Shown here: positions 1-13,152 of the stretch, piece by piece
Position numbering within the stretch: the stretch's first letter is position 1
How the letters are laid out: each line of letters opens with the position of its first letter
From: Parasitella parasitica NRRL 2501
Lineage: Eukaryota > Fungi > Mucoromycota
Direction of reading: 5' to 3'
Assembly (NCBI GenBank): GCA_025201805.1
Contig: MU619278.1
Location: 61,688-125,687 of the forward strand
Length of the DNA: 64,000 nt
The notes under the pieces: generated by a model
Seen by the model: only the letters and a program-made list of their open reading frames with translations
Told to the model about the DNA's origin: nothing
The model's database searches: none
Translations under genes and position numbers: made by a program

Positions 1-409
1 TCTTTGGCTATGAGATAAAGTATCAGTTTGTTAATAATATGATATAATCTAGTCCAGTAGCTGAGTGAACGTTACCTGGTGAAACATCAGCAACAACAGG
101 AGCTAATGTCAATTTTTCAAAGCAAATTTTTTAAGTGATAGGTTCATTATATAAAATTATAGCTTACGTTCAGTGACAAGGTCTTCCAGCTTTGCTGTAA
201 CAGATTCAACAGTATCTATCATATATCATATGAATAACAGGCGAGTATTGCCTAGTTGATGGCTCGAGAATAAATGAATGCGAGCATTGCCTTTTTTTCT
301 TCTTCACGAAGCACGCGAATAAAGGATTTCCGTGTAAAAGAGCCATGCTTTATCTCTTTATTCTCAAGCAGCATCAAATAGCTTGCTTCTGTATTTACAT
401 ACCTGACAT
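1..409 (-). CDS. 5' end of a spliced gene running off the window; possibly cytosolic tryptophanyl-tRNA synthetase
   Basis: Micro-exons 409-403 (ATGTCAG|GTATGT), 215-168, 102-76 and 7-1 have canonical GT-AG boundaries. They splice in frame to MSDTVESVTAKLEDLVTEPPVVADVSPAK..., reminiscent of the fungal Wrs1 N-terminus. The gene model is solid; the product is a guess. Confidence 0.55.
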
Positions 410-557
410 ATCACAAAATATCAAACGAGTGGAGTTTGCCAGAAAGTGTTTAGATTAAGTGTAAAAGGAGGGTTTAGATGAAATAGGGTGCTTTTCATTT
501 AAAAGGCGCCTATGACGCAGCGCGTTTCGTTATAAGTGGCCCTGCCTCTTCCTTCTG

Positions 558-1200
558 ATGCCTCAACGTACTTACGGGATTAACCTAGGAGAACAAACAA
601 AGAAAGTTATGTTAAGAATAGCTTCAAATTATAACAGAGCATCTAGTGAGTATATGGAAAAAAAAATTTATCGAAAATTCAAATCTTTGGACAGTATAAT
701 GAATAGTGAACAATCAAGTACAACCAGTAGTTGCTGCTGCTGCTGCAAGAAGAAGCCAGAATGCAGTATTTTGAAGACGATCAAGGGTAACAGTTTTCTC
801 AATCATGTATCTTTAAAGGCTGGGCAAGTGGAGAAAGAAGGGGAGCCATTGATTGTTTTCGATAACGGAATGTTCAAGAAAGATGCAATGTTATTCGGGC
901 ATCCTTGAGAAAGCTTCGTATGATTACGGTTATTATTGAAGATTTGTAACAATTACTATATGAAAATATTGAAAATTGCAAATCATGTTTGTGGCTGCAG
1001 TGAAATGGGCACGAAATACTGGGGTAATGAAATGTGAACGCTGCTAAAGGAATTTGATTAGGACCTTTTGGCAATGTGGAATGGAAGTAACCTGCCAGAT
1101 GCTTTCCAACGATTCGATAAAAGTAATCAGCAGCGTCAGTAACAACGAAAACAATAAAGATGCCCCTCCAGGCACTTTTACTCACTACAATTAAAGTATC
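558..1200 (+). mobile_element. Decayed Fanzor (TnpB-derived RuvC nuclease) remnant
   Basis: Degenerate motifs occur in the expected order across frames: YGINLG (cf. GIDPG), PLIVFDNGMFKKD (cf. PLIVFGDGMFGKD), ITVIIED/KICNNY (cf. VTIDEFxTSxIC), GHEILG**NVNAAK (cf. HSILxC..WxRDVNAAKN), AMWNGSNLPDAFQR. Stops and frameshifts are present. Confidence 0.6.
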
Positions 1201-2294
1201 TTTTTTTTTATTTAAAAAAAGCTAAATTCCAAGTTTAAAAATTTCTCATTCCCAAAAGATTTCAATGTAGTTAAAGAGCTATATTTCTATGGACATCGTC
1301 GTTTTTGAATGCTGGACATTAACTGCTGATAAAAGAATAAGGAATACTCAACAATATTGCATGTAAAAGTTATAAACAATGCTTATTCCCCCTCTTTTTC
1401 ACCACGGTACATTCAATATCCTGAATATCTTATCCTTGTACACAAGATTTCAAGTGGCAAATTACTGTAAATGAAAAGAAAAGACAGGGCAAAGGTTCAT
1501 TTTAAGATTAAAAACCTTGAGAAAGTTGAAGATTATACTCGAGTCTATACGACAGTTTCAATAAGAGCCGGCCTCCTTGAGTTTTCACAGAACAAGGAAA
1601 GTAAAATTTTTTAAGGAGAAGGATTTGATACATTAAATGAAATCAAATTCAAACTCTTCACGCTGAAAAAGCACAATAATCTATATTTTCAATTCTTTGC
1701 TTGTGGTGGGAGGTATATACACTTCGTGCGATATAATGACCATAGCAACAAAAAAGGGCTTAACCATGTATATGGCATCTTTTTGATAGATATCAATGAC
1801 GAAGTCGATGATGGCCGGTACATGACATACAATAGGGTGCCTCTCCTTCCCCTGAGTACATGTATAAATATACAAATCAATGCAAGGAAGCCACTGCATG
1901 ACAGATAACGACATAAATTTCTTTAGTCTTGCTGATTGTTGCCCAGAGCGTGTAAATGTAATGAAATTCGGTGAAATTGACATGCTGTTATTAGCAATTG
2001 TGCACAGTATGCTCGTACAAACGTTCACGAAACAAAGAAAAGGGAGTGTTCTTACAAAACAGGCTGTATCTGGAGTGCTACATATGTAGTGTGTTGCACT
2101 TTTTTTTTTACTCGGTTCTACGTGTATACATATGAACGATTTCAAAGAGGAAACATGCTCCTATGAATATATATAGGCAAATGTATAAATATATAAATCA
2201 AGGGGGTGATGATATATACATGGAATCATAAAATGTTTTGATGGATGTCTTTTTCTTTTCTCTCTTTCTTCTTTTTCTTTCATATATAGACAAC

Positions 2295-3706
2295 ATGTAT
2301 TATTCGCTTGATTTCGCTGCCGGCATCACCCATCTTTGCATAGAAGAAATTAGAAAAAGAGGGCTGCAGGAAAGAAAAATATTCCGTAAAACCAGTATGT
2401 GTACACATGTATATGCTGGTGCTGCGTGGAATTGACTCTTTGTTATTTAGTGCCCAATAGTGGTTTATTCATCAAGGTGTTCAGCAAGCAAACGTGCACA
2501 AGCCAAGATTTATCGGCTGTAGAAATTCATTCTGTGGCAACCTTGATGCAAGACGCTCTATGGAGCAGCCAAGAGCGCATTATTTCCAAAAAAGCATGGA
2601 GATCAATCAACTACGAGAGTATGTCGTATATACTAGCAAGTGTTTATATATGTGTACATGTACTAACAGTCAGCATAGCCTGCACACTATCAAGGCTCTC
2701 GTCAGTCATTACAAGTAAAGCAGAGCAGCTGTTGATTGACATTTTGGACTTCTTGGTGGAGCTGATGCAGTACAAAAGCGTGAATCTAATGGATGCATAT
2801 AAATTGGGAGATGCATTAGGTAAAGTTGTACTGGGGCCAGCAGATTGCGGTCCAATTATAGCTGAAAAGGCGGGCCATTTCTTGACACGCATGATTATCG
2901 AGCATGCCAAAGTCCTCAAGAAGCATCGCGAGCACTCACTAGATATCCAGCAGCAATCATCACTACGCCGTATTGATTCTGGCTTTCACCACTCCTCACG
3001 TCATAGTTTCTACACTGAATATCAGCCAATATGTAAATCGCAAGGCACACAAGCTAGAGCCAAATGTTACGATAGGGTCGTGATCAAAACTAAATGGGCC
3101 AGCTTCGACTGGTTCGAAAACACTGTCGGGGTTAGGGCCATGCTGGACGACGAATACGAATTTGCCCCTGATCCGCCCGAAAAGCCTTGGATCTCTATAT
3201 TCACTTCGTCAGAAATGATTAAATACCATAAAGATATGAATGCCTCGCCTATTCTTTATCGTATTCTACGAGAAGCATCCAAGCCGCTGTCGCCACATGC
3301 AAAAGCATCGACTTCGGATCCATTTGCAGCGTCATATTTGTTCAACAAGTCCAAGATATACTGGGCAGAGAGGCAGATACAAGACGCTTTTATTGAATTC
3401 CATCCCCAGTATACAAACCGTAACGGGTCGCACGAAAATTCGGGTGCAGGAGGTGACAGATCTAACCCGTTAAAGAAACTCAATCATTCACTTTCTCATA
3501 TCAAGTTGAATCTGAAAAAATACAGATCGAGACAGGATTTGCTGGATGAAAGCGTGATTAGCGAAAATACAACTATTGCAGCAATTGAAGACGAGCAGCC
3601 GCAGACAAAGGAAGCCAATGAAAAGTCCGGCGCAACTAACATGAGAAACGTGATGAAAAAGATGATTAAAATCGGCGGGTATCATAGTAGCAAAATTGTC
3701 GTTTAA
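2295..3706 (+). CDS. RhoGAP-like domain protein
   Basis: Exons 2295-2394, 2451-2618 and 2679-3706. The N-terminal segment CIEEIRKRGLQERKIFRK...EIHSVATLM...VNLMDAYKLGDALGKVVL resembles the RhoGAP fold, including the arginine-finger position. Confidence 0.65.
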
Positions 3707-6700
3707 ATAAACAAGCATGCATTCATGAGCATTGAAGCGCCTCTTACATTTCAGCCTCGATTCGATGCTTGTTGGTCGTGCAAATATGTAATGTCTTTTC
3801 TCTTTGCGCCTTTTTTGCTTCTCTTTCTCTTGTTCAAACTAGAAGCATGATAAATTTTGAAGAAGAGACATCATGAGACAGGGTTTCAGCGACAAACGTA
3901 ACCACTCGGCATCATTGAAGAGAGCCATGGGAAGAAAAGCCTCCTGTGTGAGCGCCCTGCCAAAGCCAATTGGCCTTTTGGCCGGGACCATCTCTCATTG
4001 CATTGTCCTTCCTTTTTCACCCCACCATCAAAGTCATAGTTTTGATATCAAGACAGAAGAACTGCTAACGGCGTTAAATGAGCAATAAAAGATGACCCTA
4101 ATCTTAAAAGTTGTAACTGAATACATCAATTTACTGATAGATACGGAATTCAGTCTAAAATTATAGTCGATGCAATTATGGTACCGCCTTGTGCATCGTT
4201 GTGAATCATCGTCAAAAATAAAGAAAAAAAAGAACACAAGGGGAGGGGGGTTTTGCTGCTAGCAGTTAATGAGATTAACACTAGAGAGATCCTTCCTTTA
4301 AATTTCCAAGAGAAATGTCTTGGAAATCCTTGAAAACTGATAAAATACGAATACAGGCAAGTTTGTGCTCTAAGTAACGCCCTCAATGTAACATTAACTA
4401 CAACATCTCCAGGTTGCCCAATTAGAAGTTTTCAGCTTTTGATTATTCATGAATTCAGCTACGTCCCAGCTAAAGTCCTTGGCGTTACAATATTACGTGT
4501 AGCTTGGAGTATACAACTTTTGTAAGACGAGGGATTGCATTCATTAAAGATTTTTATACAAAGGTGCTTGCCTACAAGACCCTCCCAAAACTGACAATAT
4601 CGGCCCTTTTCAACGAGGATTAATAATTTCCTAATGGCTTGTTCGATGTAATGGTCAACTACTTTGGAAAACGTTCGAATGTTTTAAAGAACCAGGGGGG
4701 GGGGATTAGACCTTGTTAACAAAAGACACCATACCATGGAAAGATTCTGTATTACAAGTATTTAAAAGATATATAGCTCTTAGCGTTACGACACCAATGT
4801 TGTCATCCTCAATACGACGCATGGCCTTAAAATGAGCCCACTTGAGACAGCTTTGCGACCTGATGATCACTCAACCCCCATTCATCACCTAATTGAAATT
4901 GCAACTTGATATCTTGCAGTTTTTATATGGAGAGATTTGAACATATTTACTCGGGGCCTTATGGCAGACTCTTGACCAGTTCTGGTGCTTAGCTGACTCG
5001 ATTAAAAAAAAAACGGTAGTTGTAATAGAATAGCACACAACCTACTCGCCGATATCGGCTTTTTCAAAATGGATTTATTGATTCCCTATGATGTATACTT
5101 CCAATATTCAAATACTGCGATAAAACAGAGTTTTGCTAAATTCACAGCTTTCAGCTGTAAACACAAACAATGAAGTCGTACGTTTATTACAGACCGCGAG
5201 TGTTTCATGTATGTCGTCTTGCCTGAAATCGCTGAACAAACTCTGTAAGAGTTTATATGCTTCATTACAAAAAAGTTTACGCTAAAATTCTTCCGCACAC
5301 TTGCTATATTGAAAGTTTGTCTGCTCAGGCTTTCTACTATGTTATCAAAAACGTGTAGGGTGATTATTTGGGTTACTATATTCAAAAGTCAACAAACAAA
5401 GCGCTATTATCAGCAAAAACATGTCGTTATAGTGGGAAAATACTGCGACTGAACATATTATGTATAGTTTGATACTGGCCTTCTGCTGTTACATGCTCTA
5501 TATCACTAAAAGGTGTGGAAAGAAGGTCCAAAATACTCGACCAAGTCTCTCGTTATGGAACCTCTAAAGCAATTGACGTTATATAAATTAAAAATATATG
5601 AAAAAAAAAAGATAAGAGTTGCTACTGATGATGAAAAGAATTACTTAAGCAATTAGCTTGTTCAGATGCTCATAAACATCAAGGAAATCAGTACCCTTTC
5701 ATTAAATGGTTCACCAATACTAGTCAGAATCGCTAGTATAAAACTAATCCATATTAAATGTTACATTGACTTGACCTTGAGTAAGTATTATTTCTAGGAT
5801 GCAGCCGTATTATATTGGTTCATTGGTGATCGATTCATATTATCAAAGTTTAAAGTTTCGGTTTGATATTATAATATAATCTACAAGGTTGAGTTTGGTT
5901 TTTCCATATAAAAAAGTTAGTTATTCCAACATGAGGTGGTCCTTTTCTTTCACCTGATGGCCAAATCGATTTTTTTTTTTTTTTACATCTTTCTTTTACG
6001 TTTAGAAGCGTACGATCTCAAGTCTTGTTATAAGACAATGCGCAATCAAAGGTATGTGTCGCAAAGTAATCTGTAATTATCTAGATTTCCGTCTGTAACA
6101 TATCCAATTCTCACTTGCTCTCCTGGAAAATCTATTAGCAGCGTGTTGCAAAGCTAATATTATATTCTTCATTTTAAGACCGTTTTGAACCTTCAAATAA
6201 TAAATCCAACATCAAGAATTGGAAATACTTATTTTCTACTATCAATGCTGTTGGATTTACTACCTCTCTAGATGTCAAACTATAAATAACATCAAGATGA
6301 TGTTCACAGTACATGAGGTTTGAAGAATTTTTATTCATAGAAAGCGCTTGTCGGATACTTTGTTTATACAATAGAACAACAAACATATCGTATTGACTTT
6401 ACATTTCTCTTTAGGTGTAGAGAGAGAGAACTTCTCGACCATGTAGTGGATACAACGCTGAATCATTTATTAGCGGCTGTAGCCATTAAAAACGCTCCCT
6501 TCTATGAGACTTACAAATTATGATCATCATGGATAGTATATAAATGGAAAACTACATAAACAAGGTCAAGGGGCTTGTTTATGGAGCAATTTCTACGGTA
6601 TCCATCTTCCCAATGGCACGTCTGAAGGAATTGTTTTGATTTCAAAAACAACATTAACAACCTTACCCTTAGCCACTTAGAATATCAATGAGACTGAAGA

Positions 6701-7282
6701 AGATTCTAGTTCAACTTTGCTTTTTGTTTGAATGAGACAAGCTATACTATTCCAGAATGCATGCAGCATATAATCACAACAACTAAAATCAAGGTTAGTA
6801 TGATAATGTATGAAGATTGCATACTTATATCACTTTGATATGTTGAGCAAGCCAAAAGAGCACCAAATGAGACTTACTACAATGCATTTAGACACCTAGA
6901 CCCATCATCCAAGCAGTAATATGCATGCATGTATACATACGTTCCATCTATTACCTTACAAGAATTGTGTATTGATAAGATGCATACAGTCAAAACGATT
7001 GATATTGTATAGTGGTATTAATTTTAACTTATTGATGTCTAAATATACAGGCTTGTTTTATTAGGAAAGATAGTAGGATAGATGCAAATGGTTACAAGAA
7101 AACAAGAGCACATATAGGCGGAATTCCCATCAAAATAAAAGATGCAAAGAGTAAAAAAAAAAAAAAGAAAAAGGATTATGGATGATATAACAGAGAAAAG
7201 ACGATGGAGATGAAGAAGAAAGGCTTTTTTTTATGGCTATTGTACATTTGGAAAAAAAAAAAAAGGAAAAAAAGAGAAGGTA

Positions 7283-8664
7283 TTATTCTGGTTGAAAAAC
7301 ATCGATGTCTTGGTCCAGAACATGCATTGATGCTAGTTTACCAGGCGAGCGGGTCCATGAAGGCTCAGATACTAGGTTTGTTGATGACTCTACATGCAAA
7401 TGCATGGGTACAGTTTTCGTTTAGAGACAATAAAATTCAACATGCGTTTATATCATACCATTGGGCTCTTGTTGATATTGCGATTCTTCATCGTCATCAT
7501 TTAGTGAAATCGTGTCGTCGATAGAGTGTTGTCGAGAACGGCCATCAGCACTGCTGAGGCCACCGATGATGTATTTATGATGATATGTACTTGAGGTAGG
7601 CTCCGGCGTAACTGCAGCGTCAGCAAAAAGAACATCAGTTGTCGATGATGTCCTTGATCTATCGGGCACAACATTAGTGGTTGTTGTATCAGTAGTAGTG
7701 TCAGGATTTGTATTGTTAGTAGCTGCATCTTGTTGTTCAGACTCTAGCAAAGGCTGCAAGATGCGACGTCGAGCATTGATGAACCAATTACTGATCTGAC
7801 TCACCATCAGACCAGTTTCGTCAGCAAGTTTTTGCTTTTCTCTTTCAGTAGGGTATGGATGTTTTTTATGAAGAATAAGCCAGCGCTTTAGATACTCAGT
7901 AACCTCCTTGGGGAGGTTGCCACGCCGTCTTTTTCTACTGATGTTTGGACGGTACGTGGGGTGGAATTGAGGCTCTGTTATAAATGTGGTTGTCATTAGT
8001 GGATGTTCTTGCTCCGGAGCTTCGTCAATGATAGTTCTATCGTTCATGCTCTCTGATCTAGAGATTGTATTAACATAAGAAGTATGAGGAGCTCTTTGCT
8101 GTGGTAGATTTGTTGTTGTTGGTGTCGATGATGTTGGTGCCGTTGCTGTCGTCATGACAACGCTATCATACAAATGGTTGGTCGAAAATGGTACGGCGGT
8201 TGATCTGTGATTAGAAGAGTTTGTGGCAATCGATGTAGATGGGGTGGGAGTAAATAAAGTACGGAAATTATAGCATATTTTACTCGACTGGTCGAATTTC
8301 TCGGTAAAAAGGTCTGAATTGCTTGATGTATGACATTGATCTGATGCTACCAAACAAAAAAGTAAGTAGGATGTATGTGCATACAAGATGTATAGATTGT
8401 GACGCTGAAAAAAATGTTTTCCATGTCGTATAATGGGATATCAGTACCTGCAATAGATGTGGATTTCGATTCTTCAGAATGGGTATAACTTTCTCTTTCC
8501 CAGAGCTGCGCATTCTGCGCCAACATTTCTCGGGTCTTGAGCCTATGCTGCTCGATTAGAGATTGGGTATGCTGATCTTCATTGGATGGAGTATCATTGT
8601 TATGAGTTTTCAACGGCTGCTGGTTATGATGGTTGAATAGCACAATTGGCGAAAACGTTTTTGT
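7283..8664 (-). CDS. TALE-class homeodomain transcription factor (TGIF/Cup9/Tos8-like); 5' end unresolved near the gap
   Basis: RRRGNLPKEVTEYLKRWLILHKKHPYPTEREKQKLADETGLMVSQISNWFINARRR carries the PYP loop and WFINARRR. The spliced last exon ends ...DVFQPE* at 7283. An acceptor at 8665 implies a further upstream exon. Confidence 0.9.
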
Positions 8665-8838
8665 CTGGAAAAGGGGGAAGAAATGTGTTAACATCAATTA
8701 GCTTGCAAAGTCATTGATTTCCAAGATCTTGGTTTTTCCATAAAACTGAATCATTTTAGGATATCAAATGAGTTGAGAAAATTGCTTTAATCTTACATTT
8801 TGAGAGTTCATGAGCTATTCTTTCCAGTTTCTTTTTTT

Positions 8839-9368
8839 NNNNNNNNNNNNNNNNNNNNNNNNNNNNNNNNNNNNNNNNNNNNNNNNNNNNNNNNNNNNNN
8901 NNNNNNNNNNNNNNNNNNNNNNNNNNNNNNNNNNNNNNNNNNNNNNNNNNNNNNNNNNNNNNNNNNNNNNNNNNNNNNNNNNNNNNNNNNNNNNNNNNNN
9001 NNNNNNNNNNNNNNNNNNNNNNNNNNNNNNNNNNNNNNNNNNNNNNNNNNNNNNNNNNNNNNNNNNNNNNNNNNNNNNNNNNNNNNNNNNNNNNNNNNNN
9101 NNNNNNNNNNNNNNNNNNNNNNNNNNNNNNNNNNNNNNNNNNNNNNNNNNNNNNNNNNNNNNNNNNNNNNNNNNNNNNNNNNNNNNNNNNNNNNNNNNNN
9201 NNNNNNNNNNNNNNNNNNNNNNNNNNNNNNNNNNNNNNNNNNNNNNNNNNNNNNNNNNNNNNNNNNNNNNNNNNNNNNNNNNNNNNNNNNNNNNNNNNNN
9301 NNNNNNNNNNNNNNNNNNNNNNNNNNNNNNNNNNNNNNNNNNNNNNNNNNNNNNNNNNNNNNNNNNNN
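8839..9368. other. Assembly gap (N run)
   Basis: Run of n characters. Confidence 1.
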
Positions 9369-11901
9369 AAATGACCATGGGAGCAGAGCTGACAAATTTT
9401 TTTATATGAATTCACACAACAACTATCTGCGCAAATGTTTACATCGTATTTTGGAAATAGGGACCCACTGCCGATGTTTTTTTGTTCTCTCCTCATGTGA
9501 AAGGACCGGACAAGCTTTCTTCTACGCAAATATAGGAGACGAAGGGCGGAAGACTATTTACGTCTGGTATACTTAAAAGGAAAAGATGTACATGTTGTTG
9601 TTCATCAATATCTTGTTACATGAAATGCACATCATAGAGGAGAAAGAAGTCAATGCATATTCCTCAAATGTTACATCATCAACGTACATTTATCAAAAAG
9701 TATCCAAGATTGATCTTTACGATTTTTCTGCATTTGATTTGATGTATGATATCTACGATTTGCTGCGTGCATTCCTTGTCTCTATTAATAGCCTATGCTG
9801 ATTCAATATGGAAACTGTGCGTCTTCGCGTAGAGTACATGGTCGCTTTCAATAAACTATGGGATTATTGACGGCGTCGAGTATTTGCATCTTATACATGG
9901 CTATCTCAAACTGCGTAAAAATTAGAGAAAATTCTTTGAATATTTAGTAGAGTAACGCGCACAGACCAGCGGCTCGTCAGCTCTGATCATCTTCATCGTA
10001 CATATGTATATATACACTCGTCTTGACAAGATATTATTTTCAAGGAACAAGGTCTTCTTGAACACGTTTGCTTTGTAGATCTGAAGTAAAAGTGAATCAG
10101 CGTAAAGCTGGAGATGCTTTCGAAAAGATCGTTATGTGTAAATAGCTAATGGCATTGATAATTTAGGCGTAACTGTATACCACCGCAATATCGACATTTG
10201 TTTTCATGTAAATTCTCATGTCGACTCGAGAAACTTTAATTTTTGATAATGCCGTTTGCTTCTTGACAAGTTGACTGACTCCTTCCAATTCCACAACATA
10301 ACACCTTTCATCTAAACGGATAAAAAAGACAAAAAGAGTGCTATTACAAACTCACTAAAATGTTTTTTTGTGTATTTGTACAGTCGTCTTGAATTCTAGT
10401 TTTTTTTTTCTTATTTTCCATGGTGACAGTATGGCAAGCGCCTGCAAGTGTGATATTAGTCTAGACAAATTGGAGAAATAGAAGGTCATATGGGGTTTTC
10501 TAAAACGTATATAAAATGAATAAAGTTACAAGTTTGGATACAAACAATAAACGCATCCGTTTCGATTGTTTTGTCTCTAGCTATGTCACGCTAAAAGATC
10601 TGGACATAACTGTTTACAAGTTGGACAAACACCCGTGTGATACAAAGAATTGCTTATGATAGCAACAGAGCTCCGATTTCCAACTGAGATGTTGGGGTCG
10701 TCATAATCATCAGACTTGTATGATCACTTGCCTTATTGGATTGATTTCTTAAAACTAAATTTGAACCGAACGATTGGGAATAAACAGTTGTGAAAATTGA
10801 GACAATCTTGATATCAAAAAAAGCAATCGTGATAAACCCAAATTATAAAATTGAAATGCGAGATCGATTTCTTCTAGATTTTGCATAGAATGTCAAAACT
10901 GTGATACCAAATCACGTAGTCAGAACATTCTTCTTTGCAGTATTGACTTTTTCTTTGATCCATAAAAATAAAAAGAATATTCTTCAATTGACATTGAATG
11001 ATTAGACTTTCTTCTTATTTAGTTACACATAAACACAGCCAATGATAAAAACAATCTTGATCCTGACGATAGCACGCAATTTGCAAATAAATTGAGTTTT
11101 GTTCATTTGACATGATGTTGTTAAAGTTTACGGTGATCCTCCAAAAAAAGAATTTTATTGCTGTTGTTCGTATTTCTCAAATCTGCATTCATTTATAGCG
11201 CTTTGTTTGTGCTCAAGTCGGCTAGTAAAAGTGCCCCTGAAATTTTTCTTGTTCCAGGAAGCTGCTAGTTTCCAATATCCGACATCAAAGGTGCTCGGGT
11301 ATGCTTGCAATATGCCAAACATGTGTCTCCCTTTATTTCACATAAGCGTTGCACAAAAAGTCAGTGCAGCACGCTAGTTTAAATGCCAGTTTGTATTAAA
11401 TGTGAAAATCTTGCAACTTTTGTGTTACATGGAGGTCCGTAATTCCTGATAAATTTGTCCAAATCTGAACAAATCTGGATTAAATTACATTCATTGTCTT
11501 TTCTGTCGTGCAATTTTTCATGTAAAAATAAAAAAATAAAATCACGAGGTCATGTATTATAGGCGGGCCTTGTGTGTCGCATTGATCCAGTCTATTTTTA
11601 AATTTCTTTCTGATTCGAAGAAAAGGATCGAATGATTTAAATATTAAATTTGCAAAAGTTTTATCGAATAAAACACTATCAACTGGAAAGTTATAAATCT
11701 TGGCTTATTGACAAATACCCCGTGTTGCACATGAATTACAAACTTTATTACAATTGCTGACTGATACCCAAGAAATCAATTACGTTTCATCCTACATAAA
11801 ACGCCACAAAATACCCCTCTTTTCACGCAGGCCACACTCTGCAAGGGTCAACTGCGATTATTGCTCACAGTAAAAGAGCAAATTGCTCATATACGAACCC
11901 T

Positions 11902-13030
11902 TTATTCATACGAGGGTTTCCTAGCGACTACAATATGCAAAAAATTATCGGCAAAAGACAGATTCTCGTAAGCCCAATTGATAGGAGTATCCAGAGGCAA
12001 AACGATGCTATGTGCAACGATTGCGATCTTTCCGTTCAGCTCTGAAGATTCGAATAAATCTGGTATCACTTTCTCCAAAATGGCTCCTAGTGTTGGAATC
12101 GATTCTTTTTCTGCTTTTGTGTTATTAACATCGACTTGGCATTTAGTCGAGCTTCTAATAACTTACCAGACCCCCCATAATACGACACCAACTCTTGCAC
12201 CACTGGACAGTTATCAGGCAGATAAATTCGAAGTGGCACATGTCGCAAACTGTCTGCGTACTCTACAAGGTGTTTATTCACGTCTCGAAACTCGTTATAC
12301 CGATCTACAGCAAAGATACATATTAGAGTTTGAGTAGAGCATTGTTTTCCAGATAGAAACTTACCTGAAACAAGCGAATGCCACAATTGTGCTGTATCGC
12401 GCTTTGATAGATTCATCACTTTTTTGATATTCCCATTGCGAAGAAAGTCTGCCTAAAGCAACAGTTAGGGCAAATTAGATTAGATGCGAATATAGCTCGT
12501 TGCCTCTTTAATCATCGACATGAACATGTCCTGCATAGTTTCTGGAGTAGGTTTCAATAAAATAGAATCACTAGGTAAATCTTTAAAGTGCATTGTAACA
12601 TTCCATGGTGTGCACAAGTCTGCTGTATGCAGATCAAATAGTAATCCAACAGGATAGTGCCTGATATTGGTGCTGTAAGTGTAGTGCTTGTATGAATGGA
12701 TGCAAACCCTACCATTTTAACGGTTGTGTGTCATGATCATACCAAACAGATTGAAACGCCTGCTCAGAGACTTGCATACCCAAGCTTAGTAGCAGCTGTT
12801 GGACATGCTTTGTGACTAAAGGCAAATACGAACATCTCGACACTTCCAGCTATTTAAACAAAGTATGTTAACATGTGTTTTTGATTAAACTTCAAAGAGA
12901 AACATACGTAAATAGGGTCCCACACTTTTTCATCGCCGTAAGTATCAATATCAGTGGGGTCCAGAGTTATCCTCATTGGTATCTTTCCATTCCATACTGC
13001 TTCTGATATGCTGGCATCGTATAAAGACAT
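11902..13030 (-). CDS. ATG5: Autophagy protein 5
   Basis: Multi-exon gene. Motifs: VWNGKIPMRITL, PRCSYLPL, KWHYPVGLLFDL, PWNVTMHFK, KEADFLRNG, HVPLRIYL, LSFADNFLHIVV. Confidence 0.93.
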
Positions 13031-13152
13031 GTTTATCAATATGGAAAAGTTGTGAATAAAACAAAAACAAAAAAATAAAAAAACTGCATACATTGCGATG
13101 CGATACCATGGTGATGGAAAGTAGCTCCGACAATGTTAATTTCATGTTTTAT

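Noticed and set aside
729-746. Poly-Cys (CCCCC) in ORF 558-908 as a metal-binding protein
   Set aside because: It is a (TGC)n microsatellite inside a decayed element, not a credible domain.
1389-2145. Overlapping short ORFs
   Set aside because: No coherent exon chain or motif; likely degenerate repeat or intergenic DNA.
3873-4030. GC-richer stretch with small hairpins as a possible ncRNA
   Set aside because: No tRNA, snRNA, snoRNA or RNase P/MRP signature recognised. An Infernal/Rfam scan would be needed.
8756-9576. Several long ORFs spanning X runs
   Set aside because: Artefacts of the 530-nt N gap.
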